Of a stretch of 64,000 nucleotides of DNA, positions 1 through 10,544 are shown piece after piece. A program made the position numbers and the translations under genes. The notes beneath the pieces were generated by a model. The model saw nothing but the letters and a program-made list of their open reading frames with translations, ran no database searches and had not been told where the DNA came from. The DNA comes from Oceanispirochaeta sp. (lineage in GTDB: Bacteria; Spirochaetota; Spirochaetia; DSM-2461), in assembly GCA_963663385.2 (NCBI GenBank), contig CAXXXD010000003.1:1248001-1312000 (forward strand). The letters run 5' to 3'. Each line of letters starts with the position of its first letter. The first letter of the stretch is position 1.

Positions 1-2
1 AA

Positions 3-476
3 GTTTTTCCTGTATTGCGGGGAAAAATTGATTTCAGTCAGATTAAAAAGGATGCGGAAAAACGCTTTCTGGATTCTCCCGTAACCTCCATGAAAGTTAT
101 GACCAGACAGCTGGAGGAGTATATACAGGAGATTGAGTACTATGAACAGGAATCTTTGAATGTTTCCAATCAACTTGACAGATTAAGAGAGGAACTTTTT
201 AAACTTGATGGTGATGCCAAAACAGAATTCTATAATGAAAAAGTAGCGCCCCTGGATGTTCAGGAAAGCTATCTGAAACTGAATACTCGCTATTATGCCA
301 TTTCTGCTTTATCCTTAAGAAGACATGTGGTGGGAATGATGTATGTTAATATAAGAACTACTTATGTTATGGATCAGCATAATTCTGTATATCTTGAGTT
401 TATGAAAGAGTATGAAAATTTCCTTGCTGTTTTTGAAGGGAAACTGGTACCGTTTCTTGTTAAAGCCGATATCTGA
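3..476 (+). CDS. hypothetical protein, probably 5'-truncated (alpha-helical/coiled-coil)
   Basis: Frame is open from the window edge (GTT TTT CCT GTA TTG...) to TGA at 474-476; no recognisable motif. Confidence 0.7.
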   Translation, partial: VFPVLRGKIDFSQIKKDAEKRFLDSPVTSMKVMTRQLEEYIQEIEYYEQESLNVSNQLDRLREELFKLDGDAKTEFYNEKVAPLDVQESYLKLNTRYYAISALSLRRHVVGMMYVNIRTTYVMDQHNSVYLEFMKEYENFLAVFEGKLVPFLVKADI

Positions 477-496
477 AATCAAACTAGGAGTTTTAT

Positions 497-925
497 GTGA
501 AAAAGATTAATATTATTGTTTTACTGGTTTTACTGTGCGGATTTATGTTTGTTTTTACATCCTGTGAGGAAGAAATCGACGAGGTAACCATTCCGGAAAG
601 GATCTCCGAGCTTGAGACGGATCTTAATAACGGTGATTACGGAAGCGTCTATCTGAATTTTCATCCGGATATGCCTTCCTATGATTCCTATAAGAGTGAA
701 AGTGTCATTAACGTAGGTTTTCTATCAGATGTTTATGCACCATTTAATTTTGGTACACCTACAGTTCTGGGAAGTAGTGCTTCAGGTACGTTTTCCCACA
801 GTCTGGGGGGAACTGGAACTTATACAGCTACTATGAAAGAGGATGGCTCTGATAACTGGAAGATCTTATCCTTATCAATTACAATAGGAACAAGTACTTC
901 AACATATGCTGGGAAATCTAAATAA
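497..925 (+). CDS. putative lipoprotein
   Basis: GTG start after AGGAG RBS; signal peptide MKKINIIVLL...FTS-C with a spirochaete-like lipobox. Confidence 0.7.
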   Translation: MKKINIIVLLVLLCGFMFVFTSCEEEIDEVTIPERISELETDLNNGDYGSVYLNFHPDMPSYDSYKSESVINVGFLSDVYAPFNFGTPTVLGSSASGTFSHSLGGTGTYTATMKEDGSDNWKILSLSITIGTSTSTYAGKSK

Positions 926-946
926 ATAGATAGTTTTTCATACAAA

Positions 947-973
947 GCCGTCTGGCAACAGGCGGCATTTTTT
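947..973 (+). terminator. intrinsic terminator
   Basis: GCCGTCTG-GCAA-CAGGCGGC stem with GNRA loop, followed by ATTTTTT. Confidence 0.8.
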
Positions 974-1063
974 ATATCCAATATCCTTTTAATCCGTACT
1001 GAAACACTGGTAATTCCCCTGCAATCATGTTAATCTTTGCTTCCCTTAAAAGGAAGGTCAAAG

Positions 1064-1696
1064 ATGGATATTGAAATACTGCCGGCAGGCCCCATACAGA
1101 CAAACTCGTACCTGGTAATGAGTAAAGCAACTAATAAAGCCTTTGTTATTGATGCCGGCCCTGAATCCTACGAACTGGTTATTGAAGAGGCGGAAAAAAA
1201 CGGAGTTGAAATTGAAGCTGTAATTATTACTCATCCCCACTGGGATCATATTCTGGATATACACTATTTTGTAAAAGATGGTATCCCCATTTACGCCCAT
1301 AAATCGGCAGTGAATCTGATAGAGGATCCCTCTATTCAGGAATCCATGGCCATTCCCGGAATGGATTTTACCCCCGGGAAGGTTGATACTTTAATTGGCC
1401 ACAATGAGCGGCTTACCATTGCCGGAATAGAAATAGAGATACGCAATACTCCTGGTCACTGCCCGGGAAGTGTTATTATCAACTGTCCCGCATCCCTCTG
1501 TTGTTTCACCGGAGATGTAATTTTCGACGGATCAGTCGGCAGAACCGATCTGCCCGGCGGGAATATGAATTCATTGATGGAAAGTATCCGTGAACAGGTT
1601 TATACCCTGCCTGATGAAACGATTCTGTATCCGGGGCACGGTTCCTCCACTCTGGTGGGCAAGGAGAAGATCAGTAATCCTTTTGTTAAAGCCTAG
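1064..1696 (+). CDS. MBL-fold metallo-hydrolase (glyoxalase II/YcbL-like)
   Basis: THPHWDH, TPGH, FTGD, GRTDLPGG and YPGHG motifs; ATG at 1064 preferred because it follows AGGAAGG. Confidence 0.9.
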   Translation: MDIEILPAGPIQTNSYLVMSKATNKAFVIDAGPESYELVIEEAEKNGVEIEAVIITHPHWDHILDIHYFVKDGIPIYAHKSAVNLIEDPSIQESMAIPGMDFTPGKVDTLIGHNERLTIAGIEIEIRNTPGHCPGSVIINCPASLCCFTGDVIFDGSVGRTDLPGGNMNSLMESIREQVYTLPDETILYPGHGSSTLVGKEKISNPFVKA

Positions 1697-1705
1697 GAGA
1701 AACAT

Positions 1706-2626
1706 ATGCCTGTAAAAATTCCTGATAAGCTGCCCGCAACGGAAATCCTGACAAATGAGAATGTTTTTGTTATGACAGAGACTCGGGCTGTTCATCAGGA
1801 TATCCGACCTCTGAAAATTCTTATTCTGAATTTAATGCCTCTTAAGATTAATACTGAAGTCCATCTGTTGAGACTTCTGGCCAACAGCCCCCTGCAGGTG
1901 GAAGTGGATTTTATGCAGCCTGTTACACATACATCCCGCAATACACCTCGGGAACATTTAAAAGTATTCTACAAAACGTTCAATGGTGTAAAACATAAAA
2001 AGTATGATGGAATGATCATTACAGGCGCTCCTGTGGAAACCATGGAATTCGAAGATGTTGATTACTGGAGCGAGATCCGAGAGATTCTTGACTGGTCAAG
2101 ACACAGTGTTACCTCAACCTTGCATATCTGCTGGGCTGCACAGGCTGGACTTTACTACCATTACGGCGTTAAAAAACATCCCATAGAAAAGAAGATGTCC
2201 GGAGTTTTCATTCATACGGTTAACGACAGAAAAGTACCGCTGGTAAGAGGATTTGATGACAACTTTCTTGCCCCTCACTCGAGGCATACAGAGGTAAGAC
2301 GACAGGATATTGAGCATATAGAAGGGCTGGAAATTATATCGGAATCGGAAGAAGCAGGAATCTATATTGTAATGGATCAGAAAAGGAAACTTATCTTTGT
2401 TACAGGCCATTCGGAATATGACCCGCATACACTGAAAGAAGAGTATGAGAGAGACCTGGAAAAAGGTCTGAACCCGGTTGTTCCGAAAAACTATTTTCCC
2501 GGTGATGATCCATCAAAGGAACCCGATGTCAGCTGGCGCAGCCATGCAAACCTGCTCTTCTCCAACTGGTTAAACTATTATGTCTACCAGGAGACTCCCT
2601 ACGATATAAACAATATCAGTGGCTGA
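1706..2626 (+). CDS. metA: homoserine O-acyltransferase, MetA family (Glu111 suggests acetyl-CoA specificity)
   Basis: LNLMP, ITGAPVE (E111), HICWAAQA (C142), PHSR and GHSEY motifs; C-terminal [13 protein letters not shown]. Confidence 0.95.
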   Translation: MPVKIPDKLPATEILTNENVFVMTETRAVHQDIRPLKILILNLMPLKINTEVHLLRLLANSPLQVEVDFMQPVTHTSRNTPREHLKVFYKTFNGVKHKKYDGMIITGAPVETMEFEDVDYWSEIREILDWSRHSVTSTLHICWAAQAGLYYHYGVKKHPIEKKMSGVFIHTVNDRKVPLVRGFDDNFLAPHSRHTEVRRQDIEHIEGLEIISESEEAGIYIVMDQKRKLIFVTGHSEYDPHTLKEEYERDLEKGLNPVVPKNYFPGDDPSKEPDVSWRSHANLLFSNWLNYYVYQETPYDINNISG

Positions 2627-4964
2627 GCCTTTGTCTTTTTCTGGCAGATCTGATTTCTCCTGATTCTCTCTTGCAGTAATATTTCAGATAATAGAGAGAC
2701 AGGAGAATTTCTGTTGATGTAAAGGGCAGACCGGAATTGCCCTTATTCTGTTCAAATCTCTGAACAAGATAAAAACCCAGATATAAAAAAGAGTCCTGCT
2801 CCTTCAGATACTCCGGAACGGAACTGTCTGTATATTCTGTTTCAGTAAGCTCCAGCTTTCTGGAAATCAGGTTCAGAATAATTGTATAGATATAGGTAAA
2901 GCATTCTGAATAATCTTTTTTTTCATAGGACTCTTCAAGAGCGGGCATACTTTCACAAAGGATATGATTGATAAAACCGGAATCAAGGATTTCCAGCTTT
3001 TTCAAACCGTTCCTGACATCCTGAAAAAGGTCATTTATAGCTTTTTCTCTTTTTACAGAAGTACCGGTAATACAACGGTAAAATTCTCCCGGTTTCCCAA
3101 TAAGATTTCCCAGTGAGATACTGAGCTGTTTCTGAAGAACACGATTAGATGTCTGTTCCCACAGATCAATCACTTCTTCGACAGCATCCAGTCGTCCATG
3201 TGCAACAATACTTTGCGCTCCAGTGACTTTAACTCTTTCTGAACGATCCTCTTTTATTAATTGTTTTAATACCTTTACAGAATCCTCAGAGTAAATGGTC
3301 CCCAATGCTCTGGCTGATTCTTCCTGAAGCTCCTCATCACCATTGTAAAGGGCATCGACCAGTGGAGGAATTGCCGTACAATCCCCCATCATACCCAGTG
3401 CTTTTGCCGCTTCCGGTCTAACCAGTGAATCCAGGGAATTAAGCTGCTGGATCAGAACTTCTCTTGCGGATTCCGTACCGATGCGTCCCATCGCCAGTAC
3501 GGCTTCCTCTCGAACAGTCTGATCCGGATCATCCATACGGTTGCTTACTTCATCAAAGGCTAACTGCCCTGTTATTTTTTTTACTTCCTTTAGTGCTTTA
3601 TGAACTCTTTCAGGCTTCTTTGTACTGGAAAGGATGGGGAGCTGATAAAAAGTTCTGTATGTAGATGGGGCAGTAATCATATTAATGACATTTTCAAAAG
3701 AGCTTTCCCTGGCGGTTTTGACAGTTGTAAAAATAATAAAACTCAGTCCAAGGAATATCAGGGCTGTAATAGTAGTAACTTCAATACTGCCGCTTTTTTC
3801 CATAATAATACCGCCAAGTAAAGGACCCAGAGAACCGACTAATCCCATTAAGGCCCAGAACCAGGCAATGTAGGGCGTCTTCTTACCATCCGGAGCCAAT
3901 ACAAGCATCATCTGGTTGATCCCCTCCCAGAATGCCGGCGCAAACATTCCGTTCCATAGAGAAATGAAAGGCAAAAGCAGCCAGTAATTGGAAGAGTCCA
4001 GGAATAAGTACAGGATGAAGCTGACAGGATAAAGGAGCCCTAGAAGCACCACCGGCTTTTTTCCCATTCTATCCATAACAAAGCCCCAGAAGGGAACAAC
4101 AAGAACCCAGGCCAGCTGAGAGATGATGTACATGATTCCCAGCCAGATATTAGGTGCTCCTATACTGTTTTTATCAGTGATATAAGGGGCCTGAAAAGGA
4201 ACAATAATATTTATGGATAAAACACTGAAACCTGTTATTAAAGCAAATTTCAGAAAATTCCTGTCTTTTAAGGGTGTGAGCAGTTTTGAGTAATTAAAAG
4301 GCTCTTTTTCATGGGCGTTTTCCGGTTCGGGAACAAACAGATGCATAAGAATATCCAGTTCGCCCAGAATCCCGGCAGCAAGATATATCAGAGTGTAAAC
4401 AAGAAAAACCTGCTGGTTAAAATAGTCCAGCAGCCAGGTTGCCGAGTAAAAGAATACTATGTTCATCATTTGAGCGATTGAAGATCGTCTGCCGAAATAA
4501 GCGGCTCTTTCATTTTCCGGGGTCAGGGAGGCTATCCAGGTCCACCAGCCGGATCCTGCCATATTCCCTATCATGAAACTGAAAATAAATGAAGAGGCCA
4601 TTACGACCCATAATGCCAGAGTTGTATTTCCCCCTTTATAAACATAGAACGCCGCGGCAGAAATAAAAAAGGCGGAACTTCTGGATAATAACCCATAGCA
4701 GATCCAGGCAGTTTTTATTCTTTTTGTAAATGAGTAGAGGATAATGGCTCCCAGATGAAAAAATCCGGCCAGATTTAATAATGCAACAAAGTTTCCCAGT
4801 TGAATATCTGTCGCATTAAGGTAGTTCCGTACAAAAACGGTCAGGATTTGCTGAGGCTGGCATAGGATAAACCATACAGCGCCGAAAGTTCCTCCTATAA
4901 GGGAATACTTGAGAGATCTCTCAATTCTGGACGATGTAATAGGTTTTCCGGCGGTATCGAGCAT
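2616..4964 (-). CDS. MFS transporter fused to a C-terminal HEAT-repeat domain
   Basis: About 12 hydrophobic segments in residues 1-415 with an MFS motif-A-like [14 protein letters not shown] repeats follow ([38 protein letters not shown]). Confidence 0.8.
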   Translation of the reverse strand: MLDTAGKPITSSRIERSLKYSLIGGTFGAVWFILCQPQQILTVFVRNYLNATDIQLGNFVALLNLAGFFHLGAIILYSFTKRIKTAWICYGLLSRSSAFFISAAAFYVYKGGNTTLALWVVMASSFIFSFMIGNMAGSGWWTWIASLTPENERAAYFGRRSSIAQMMNIVFFYSATWLLDYFNQQVFLVYTLIYLAAGILGELDILMHLFVPEPENAHEKEPFNYSKLLTPLKDRNFLKFALITGFSVLSINIIVPFQAPYITDKNSIGAPNIWLGIMYIISQLAWVLVVPFWGFVMDRMGKKPVVLLGLLYPVSFILYLFLDSSNYWLLLPFISLWNGMFAPAFWEGINQMMLVLAPDGKKTPYIAWFWALMGLVGSLGPLLGGIIMEKSGSIEVTTITALIFLGLSFIIFTTVKTARESSFENVINMITAPSTYRTFYQLPILSSTKKPERVHKALKEVKKITGQLAFDEVSNRMDDPDQTVREEAVLAMGRIGTESAREVLIQQLNSLDSLVRPEAAKALGMMGDCTAIPPLVDALYNGDEELQEESARALGTIYSEDSVKVLKQLIKEDRSERVKVTGAQSIVAHGRLDAVEEVIDLWEQTSNRVLQKQLSISLGNLIGKPGEFYRCITGTSVKREKAINDLFQDVRNGLKKLEILDSGFINHILCESMPALEESYEKKDYSECFTYIYTIILNLISRKLELTETEYTDSSVPEYLKEQDSFLYLGFYLVQRFEQNKGNSGLPFTSTEILLSLYYLKYYCKRESGEIRSARKRQRLSH

Positions 4965-4968
4965 TCAT

Positions 4969-6963
4969 CTATTTCCAGGGGAGTCTGGCAAAATACTGCT
5001 GGGCTTCATTGGCATCTTCCACTTCCTCTTCGATCTCCATAGCTTCAAGAAGATCATCGGGGATCTCTTCCAGAAAGGGCGAAGGGGCGGAATCGATCAT
5101 TTCCCGCATCTGCCGCCTTTTCAAACAGGATGTAATAAAGAGTTTCTTTCTGGCCCTGGTAATTGCAACGTAGAAGAGTCGCCGTTCCTCTTCCACATTA
5201 GCCGGATCCTCACTGACAGCTCTTTCGTGCGGAATTATATCCCGCTCTACTCCAGCCAGAAAAACGACATCGAATTCCAGCCCTTTGGAGGCGTGGATTG
5301 TCATCAGGTTAACCTTTCCAGCGTCATCCTCATCCACATCGTCACGGGTAATCAGGGTAATCCTGTTCAGCCATTTCTGCAGGGTCGGTTCAAGATTGTC
5401 CGGATTTTTCTCCCAGCGGGCCATAAAGTCGAGGAACATGGTGATATTATCGTACTTCCATTTAGCCACTTTATCGTTGCTGGAGTGCTCCTGAAGGAGA
5501 TAGTCCCAGTAGTTGATTTCATCCACCAGCTCCACCCCCGTGGCAGCCAGAGCCGAACTCTCTTCAAAACGATCCCTGAAATCCTCAATAAGATCCACCA
5601 GTTCGGCAATTCCGTTCTTCAGCTTGGAAGCCAGATTCTCATCACCGGAAAAAAGCAATCCGGTCATACAGGAATAAAGGGATTCATTCCTTTTCTGAGA
5701 AGCTTCAACAAGGGTTTCCAGGGCTTTTTTCCCAATTCCACGACGGGGTGTATTAATAATCCGCAGAAGGTTAACATCATCATCGGGATTATTGATAACC
5801 CGCAGATAAGCAATTATATCCCGTATTTCGGCACGCTGAAAGAAACTGGTCCCTCCGGACATGGTATAGGGGATATTATTACTCAACAGAGCATCTTCAA
5901 TCGCTTTACTCAAGCTGTTCGTACGGATAAGGATTCCAAACTGATCATACTTCATATGTTCCTTCATCCGCAGGGATGCGATGGTGGAAGCAATAAAATC
6001 CCCCTCGTCCTTGTCATCGTCAGGGAGGGAGTGTTTGATCGTCATCTCATTATGGGAAATTTCTGTCCAGAGTTCTTTCAGTTTTCTGTTTGTGTTATTG
6101 GCAATTACCGCATTGGCCGCTTTAAGAATTGTACCGGTGGATCGGTAATTTCTTTCAAGCTTGATCTCCTTAAGTTCCGGATAGTCCTGTTCAAACTGCA
6201 GAATATTGCCATAATTGGCACCCCGCCAGGAGTAGATAGACTGATCATCGTCTCCTACACAGCAGATATTCCTGTATTTGTTAGCCAGCAGGTGAAGAAA
6301 TCGGTATTGAATAGTAGAAGTATCCTGAAACTCGTCGACCATTATATAACGGAATCTGTTCTGATACTGTTCAAGGATATCCGCCCGCTCTTCCATTAGC
6401 CGGATGGGCAATACAATGAGGTCGTCGAAATCTACGGCATTGTAGATTCGCATATGCTCTTCGTACTCCCTGTACAGCGGTTTATGCTGGTCAATCGTAT
6501 TATCCCAGGGCTGTCTTTCTGTCTTGATGGAACCAAACAGATTTGCCAGTTCCATCAGCTCGGGATTTTCGTATTTCAGCTTTAATTCACGGGCCGCTTC
6601 TTTCAGACAGGAGATTTTATCGCCCGTATCGTAGATGGAAAAGTTGGGCCGGAAGCCCATATCAGCATAGTGTTCCCGAAGAACCTTTACACCGAAGGCA
6701 TGAAAAGTTGAAACCGTCAGGTTCGTCAGCTTTTTTCCCGTAAGGGACTTTACACGCTCTTCCATCTCACGGGCAGCCTTGTTTGTAAATGTCATGGCCA
6801 GAATCTGGGACTGGGGAATGCCATGATTCAGCATGTTGGCGATACGGCTGGTAATCACGCCGGTTTTCCCGCTGCCTGCTCCGGCAATTATTAAAAGAGG
6901 TCCGTTTAATGTGTCTACAGCAAGTTTCTGTTCCGGATTAAGTCTGAGTTTGCTCAAATCCAC
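4969..6963 (-). CDS. UvrD/Rep/PcrA superfamily 1 DNA helicase
   Basis: AGAGSGKT, TFTNKAA, VDEFQDT, VGDDDQSIY, NYRST, TIHASKGLEF and EERRLFYVAITRA motifs. Confidence 0.95.
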   Translation of the reverse strand: MDLSKLRLNPEQKLAVDTLNGPLLIIAGAGSGKTGVITSRIANMLNHGIPQSQILAMTFTNKAAREMEERVKSLTGKKLTNLTVSTFHAFGVKVLREHYADMGFRPNFSIYDTGDKISCLKEAARELKLKYENPELMELANLFGSIKTERQPWDNTIDQHKPLYREYEEHMRIYNAVDFDDLIVLPIRLMEERADILEQYQNRFRYIMVDEFQDTSTIQYRFLHLLANKYRNICCVGDDDQSIYSWRGANYGNILQFEQDYPELKEIKLERNYRSTGTILKAANAVIANNTNRKLKELWTEISHNEMTIKHSLPDDDKDEGDFIASTIASLRMKEHMKYDQFGILIRTNSLSKAIEDALLSNNIPYTMSGGTSFFQRAEIRDIIAYLRVINNPDDDVNLLRIINTPRRGIGKKALETLVEASQKRNESLYSCMTGLLFSGDENLASKLKNGIAELVDLIEDFRDRFEESSALAATGVELVDEINYWDYLLQEHSSNDKVAKWKYDNITMFLDFMARWEKNPDNLEPTLQKWLNRITLITRDDVDEDDAGKVNLMTIHASKGLEFDVVFLAGVERDIIPHERAVSEDPANVEEERRLFYVAITRARKKLFITSCLKRRQMREMIDSAPSPFLEEIPDDLLEAMEIEEEVEDANEAQQYFARLPWK

Positions 6964-6983
6964 CTGTTAGAATCCTTAAATAT

Positions 6984-7466
6984 TTAATGTATATCTTTAA
7001 TAAAAAGGGAAAATGCCCCATGTCCGAAAAGAACAATTGATGTAACAATTGTTCCGGATATTATTACCCCAATCAAAACACTTAAAAAAATCTTTCTTTT
7101 TTCAAGCCCCAGAATCCAGGCTCCCAATGTTCCAGTATAGGCTCCGGTTATGGGAAGTGGAATAGCCACAAACAGGGTCACACCCAAATATCCGTATTTC
7201 TCTACTTTATCGTGAAGCTTATTACGGGCATTTTCAATAATCCGGTCAAAAAGGTTTTTATAAAAACTCCACTTATAAAATAATTTATGAAAGGTTGCAA
7301 GAAATATATAAACCAGAGGAGCTACAAGCGCATTAAGTCCGACGCAAACAGGCCAGGCAATATAAAACGGTATTTCATTGGCCAAAGCGAATGGAATGGC
7401 TCCTCTTAATTCCGATATGGGAAGCAAAGCGAGTAGAACCGTCCAGAACCACGTTGTTATGCTCAT
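6984..7466 (-). CDS. small multidrug export family membrane protein (COG2426-like)
   Basis: LLPISELRGAIP and LFVAIPLPITGAYTGTLGAW signatures; 4 TM segments. Confidence 0.8.
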   Translation of the reverse strand: MSITTWFWTVLLALLPISELRGAIPFALANEIPFYIAWPVCVGLNALVAPLVYIFLATFHKLFYKWSFYKNLFDRIIENARNKLHDKVEKYGYLGVTLFVAIPLPITGAYTGTLGAWILGLEKRKIFLSVLIGVIISGTIVTSIVLFGHGAFSLFIKDIH

Positions 7467-7603
7467 GTATTCTCCTATACTATAAGTATTCTATGAATTA
7501 TTTTATACTTTTTTAATATAATCTCAGGATTAATATCAAAAAAAATGAGTATTCTCAATAGTGCTTTTTAAGTTATAGTACAATTCATGAAAGGAAGAAT
7601 GGC

Positions 7604-8494
7604 GTGTTTGATGTAATGCAATGGAAAAACTCACCTGTAGCGGCAGATGGTGCGTGGGGCACTCAATTACTGAATGCCGGTCTGGCACAGGGAGATTCTC
7701 CCGAACTATGGAATTTAAGCCGGCCAGAAATAGTACAGTCAATTGCCAGATCTTATGCGGAGGCGGGAAGCGGGATTATTCTGACCAATACATTTGGCGG
7801 ATCATCTGTCAAACTGGCTCATACAGGTAATGAAGATAAAATGTACGAAATAAACCGGACAGGGGCTCGACTGACAAAAGAAGCGGGCGGGGGAGAATAT
7901 CTCACTGCTGGTGATATCGGTCCTACAGGTAAAATGATTTTTATGGGAGAACTCAGTCCGGAGGAGACGGAAGATACCTTTGCCCGTCAAGCCGAAGCGT
8001 TGAGGGAGGGCGGTGCTGATCTGATTGTACTGGAAACTTTTATTGATCTTATGGAAATAACAGCAGCTTTAAAAGGTGCAATAAAAGGTGCCGGCTGTCC
8101 TGTCGTATGTTCCATGACCTACGATCCCATGGAAGACGGTTCCTTTCGTACTGTTATGGGAACCAGCCCTGAAGAGGCTGTTGCAACTCTGGAAGAAGCC
8201 GGTGCCAGTATAATCGGAGCAAATTGTGGAACCGGTATTGATTCCTATGTTAATCTGGCTTCTCAATTATGTGGTTTAACAGAAAAACCTGTCTGGATTA
8301 AAGCTAATGCAGGCCTTCCGGTATTAATGGATAACAAGGTTACTTATCCCATGACGCCCGACGAGTATTCCTCTTATGTTCCGGCTCTTCTTGAAGCCGG
8401 AGTCTCCATAATCGGAGGCTGTTGCGGAACCGATCCTGCCCACATCCGCGGTATTGTCCAAAAAATCAATAATTATAAAGGAAGCGGTAACTGA
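7604..8494 (+). CDS. homocysteine S-methyltransferase domain protein (stand-alone MetH N-terminal module)
   Basis: DGAWGT, TNTFG, GANC, ANAGLP and GGCCGT zinc-ligand motifs. Confidence 0.9.
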   Translation: MFDVMQWKNSPVAADGAWGTQLLNAGLAQGDSPELWNLSRPEIVQSIARSYAEAGSGIILTNTFGGSSVKLAHTGNEDKMYEINRTGARLTKEAGGGEYLTAGDIGPTGKMIFMGELSPEETEDTFARQAEALREGGADLIVLETFIDLMEITAALKGAIKGAGCPVVCSMTYDPMEDGSFRTVMGTSPEEAVATLEEAGASIIGANCGTGIDSYVNLASQLCGLTEKPVWIKANAGLPVLMDNKVTYPMTPDEYSSYVPALLEAGVSIIGGCCGTDPAHIRGIVQKINNYKGSGN

Positions 8495-9324
8495 TAACGG
8501 GCCAGATCCCGTAACAGGTTATACATATTTTTCATAGCCGTATCCTGCAGAGTTTCTATTGAATCCTGCAGGGTATGGTTTACTTTCCAGGACTCCGGAA
8601 AGCGGTTGCTGTCTTTCTTCCACTGCTCAGCTTCTTTCCAGGGAAGCTGAGATAACTGAATAGCAGGCATACCGCTCAGAATGAACCCCAGATCATCAGA
8701 GAACAGTGTGTTCACCGCCATATCAGACTGACGGCTGTAGCGGTAGAAAAGCTCCGATAGTGACTCATATAGAGAATCAATAGTTCGAACCAGTCCGGGA
8801 GCCAGTTCCTGACCGGACTCTTCGGTATTCAGCTTGTTGGTGTTTTTTCCCCAAACCAGAGTGTCACCTATTCCACACATATCAAGCACAATGAAGAGGT
8901 GTCCCTCACCGAGGGTCTCCTTCCAGTATTGTCCCAGTTGATAGGCGCCCTGATCGAATAGGTTTTTTCCTTCTGTCCGCTCTTCACGATCTGTAAAGAG
9001 TATCATTGTATTATGGGAAAAGTCGGCATTCCTGAGGATCTCAAGGTGCTTTAACAGTATAAAAATCGAAGCGCTGTTATCGTTGGCCCCCGGTGATCCT
9101 TCCACTCTGTCATAATGAGCGGTCAGAACTTTCATATAATGATCAGACAGGGGGGCTTTACACCCGGAAGGTCTGATTAAAAGGTGATGCCCCCCCTGAT
9201 TCAGTTCACAATAACCTATTTTTTTCCATTCGAGAAACGTTTTCAGGAATTCAAGCCTGTTACAGTCAAGGCGGCAAAATGCCCTGAGCATTTCCTCCAT
9301 CCGATTATTTTCTACCGGTTTCAT
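8473..9324 (-). CDS. M28 family peptidase-like protein
   Basis: AHYD, PGANDNSAS, FTDREE, LDMCG, SDD and NHT-x2-D metal-ligand pattern. Confidence 0.75.
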   Translation of the reverse strand: MKPVENNRMEEMLRAFCRLDCNRLEFLKTFLEWKKIGYCELNQGGHHLLIRPSGCKAPLSDHYMKVLTAHYDRVEGSPGANDNSASIFILLKHLEILRNADFSHNTMILFTDREERTEGKNLFDQGAYQLGQYWKETLGEGHLFIVLDMCGIGDTLVWGKNTNKLNTEESGQELAPGLVRTIDSLYESLSELFYRYSRQSDMAVNTLFSDDLGFILSGMPAIQLSQLPWKEAEQWKKDSNRFPESWKVNHTLQDSIETLQDTAMKNMYNLLRDLARYQLPLPL

Positions 9325-10445
9325 ATTCGTCCGATACGGATGGCATCAACAGGACAAATTTCATGACAACAGTAACAGCGTATACACTTCTGATAATTTA
9401 TATGGATTTTTTTCCTTTGAGTATCCCCTATAAAAGAGAGGGCTTCCGCCGGACATATTTCGATGCACTTCCCGCAGCGGATACATTTGGAATGTGAAAA
9501 AAAAGGGCGGGGTACATAAAGGTCTTTGAGAAAATTAAAAACCCTTTCAGGCAGAATCTTTCTGATAAATCCTGTGTCTTTCAGAATTTTGACCCGTTTG
9601 AAATCCCTGGAACGCAGCTCCCCAGGATTAAGTAGGGGATAGGTGATCTCTTCCGGGGAATCAAGCCAGATGCCCCGTTCAAGTGCGTCCTTCAGGATCG
9701 GAATCTCCCTGCTGTCATACCCCATAATCTCTGCCATAGACCAGTCCAGCGCCAGAAGATTAGAAGATCCGGCCAGTAGTCCGAGCGATTTGGGATACCC
9801 GCTGCCGGGACCGGGCCCTTCCATGGCAACAATACCATCCATAATGGCATACGATGGTTTTACAGTTGAAAGGAGATCGACAATCATGGCTGCAAAATCT
9901 TCCTTTTCGGGAAAGTTGAAATGAAAACGGGATTTTTTCAGCCCCGGGATCAATCCGAAAAGATTTTTAATAGCCCCAGTATAGTACATCATTTCATGGG
10001 TTTTCATCTTGGGAAGGGATATCAGAATATCTGCCTGGGACAGCTGAAGAGCGGGATAAAACTGCTTCTGCTTTTTCCCGTCAGGGTTTTTCAACAGGTA
10101 CGATTCATTAAATACAACCCATTCGGCGCCCTCTTCCTCCACTACTTTTTTTATCCCGCATTTTCTGCCGGCAGCGTCCGCCGAGCCGATACCGGGGGAA
10201 TCTCCCGTCATGATGCGGGATGCTCCTTTTTTAAAAAGCAGCCTAATTACGGCTCTTACAACTTCCGGATGGGTGGTTACAGCTTTCTCGGGAAGTGAAC
10301 CGGAAAGAATATTCGGTTTTAATAATACGGATTTCCCTTTTACATCGGGGAAATCCGTATTATCTGTAATTGATTCAATTGCTTTCTCCAGTAAATCCGG
10401 GGAATATTTTTCGCATCTCTTAATTGCTACTATTGCTTTGCTCAT
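9321..10445 (-). CDS. DUF362 domain protein with C-terminal 2x[4Fe-4S] ferredoxin domain
   Basis: LLKPN, TTHPEVV, SLPKMKTH and GAIKNLFG motifs; CIRCGKCIEICP and CIRCYCCHEICP. Confidence 0.9.
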   Translation of the reverse strand: MSKAIVAIKRCEKYSPDLLEKAIESITDNTDFPDVKGKSVLLKPNILSGSLPEKAVTTHPEVVRAVIRLLFKKGASRIMTGDSPGIGSADAAGRKCGIKKVVEEEGAEWVVFNESYLLKNPDGKKQKQFYPALQLSQADILISLPKMKTHEMMYYTGAIKNLFGLIPGLKKSRFHFNFPEKEDFAAMIVDLLSTVKPSYAIMDGIVAMEGPGPGSGYPKSLGLLAGSSNLLALDWSMAEIMGYDSREIPILKDALERGIWLDSPEEITYPLLNPGELRSRDFKRVKILKDTGFIRKILPERVFNFLKDLYVPRPFFSHSKCIRCGKCIEICPAEALSFIGDTQRKKIHINYQKCIRCYCCHEICPVDAIRIGRI

Positions 10446-10544
10446 ACTTCATTATCGGCTGCTGTGTCTTGATTTTTAAGGCCTTGGCAGAGTATTGTAA
10501 TTAAAGAATTTATATCATTTTTTGATAAATAGAGAGGTATTATT

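Noticed and set aside
4909..6399. 496-aa plus-strand ORF
   Set aside because: Lies antisense to the well-supported helicase gene and has no motifs or RBS; a typical shadow ORF
8473..8494. Convergent 3' overlaps (also 2616-2626 and 45766-45769) as antisense regulation
   Set aside because: Short tail-to-tail overlaps are common in compact genomes and there is no further evidence
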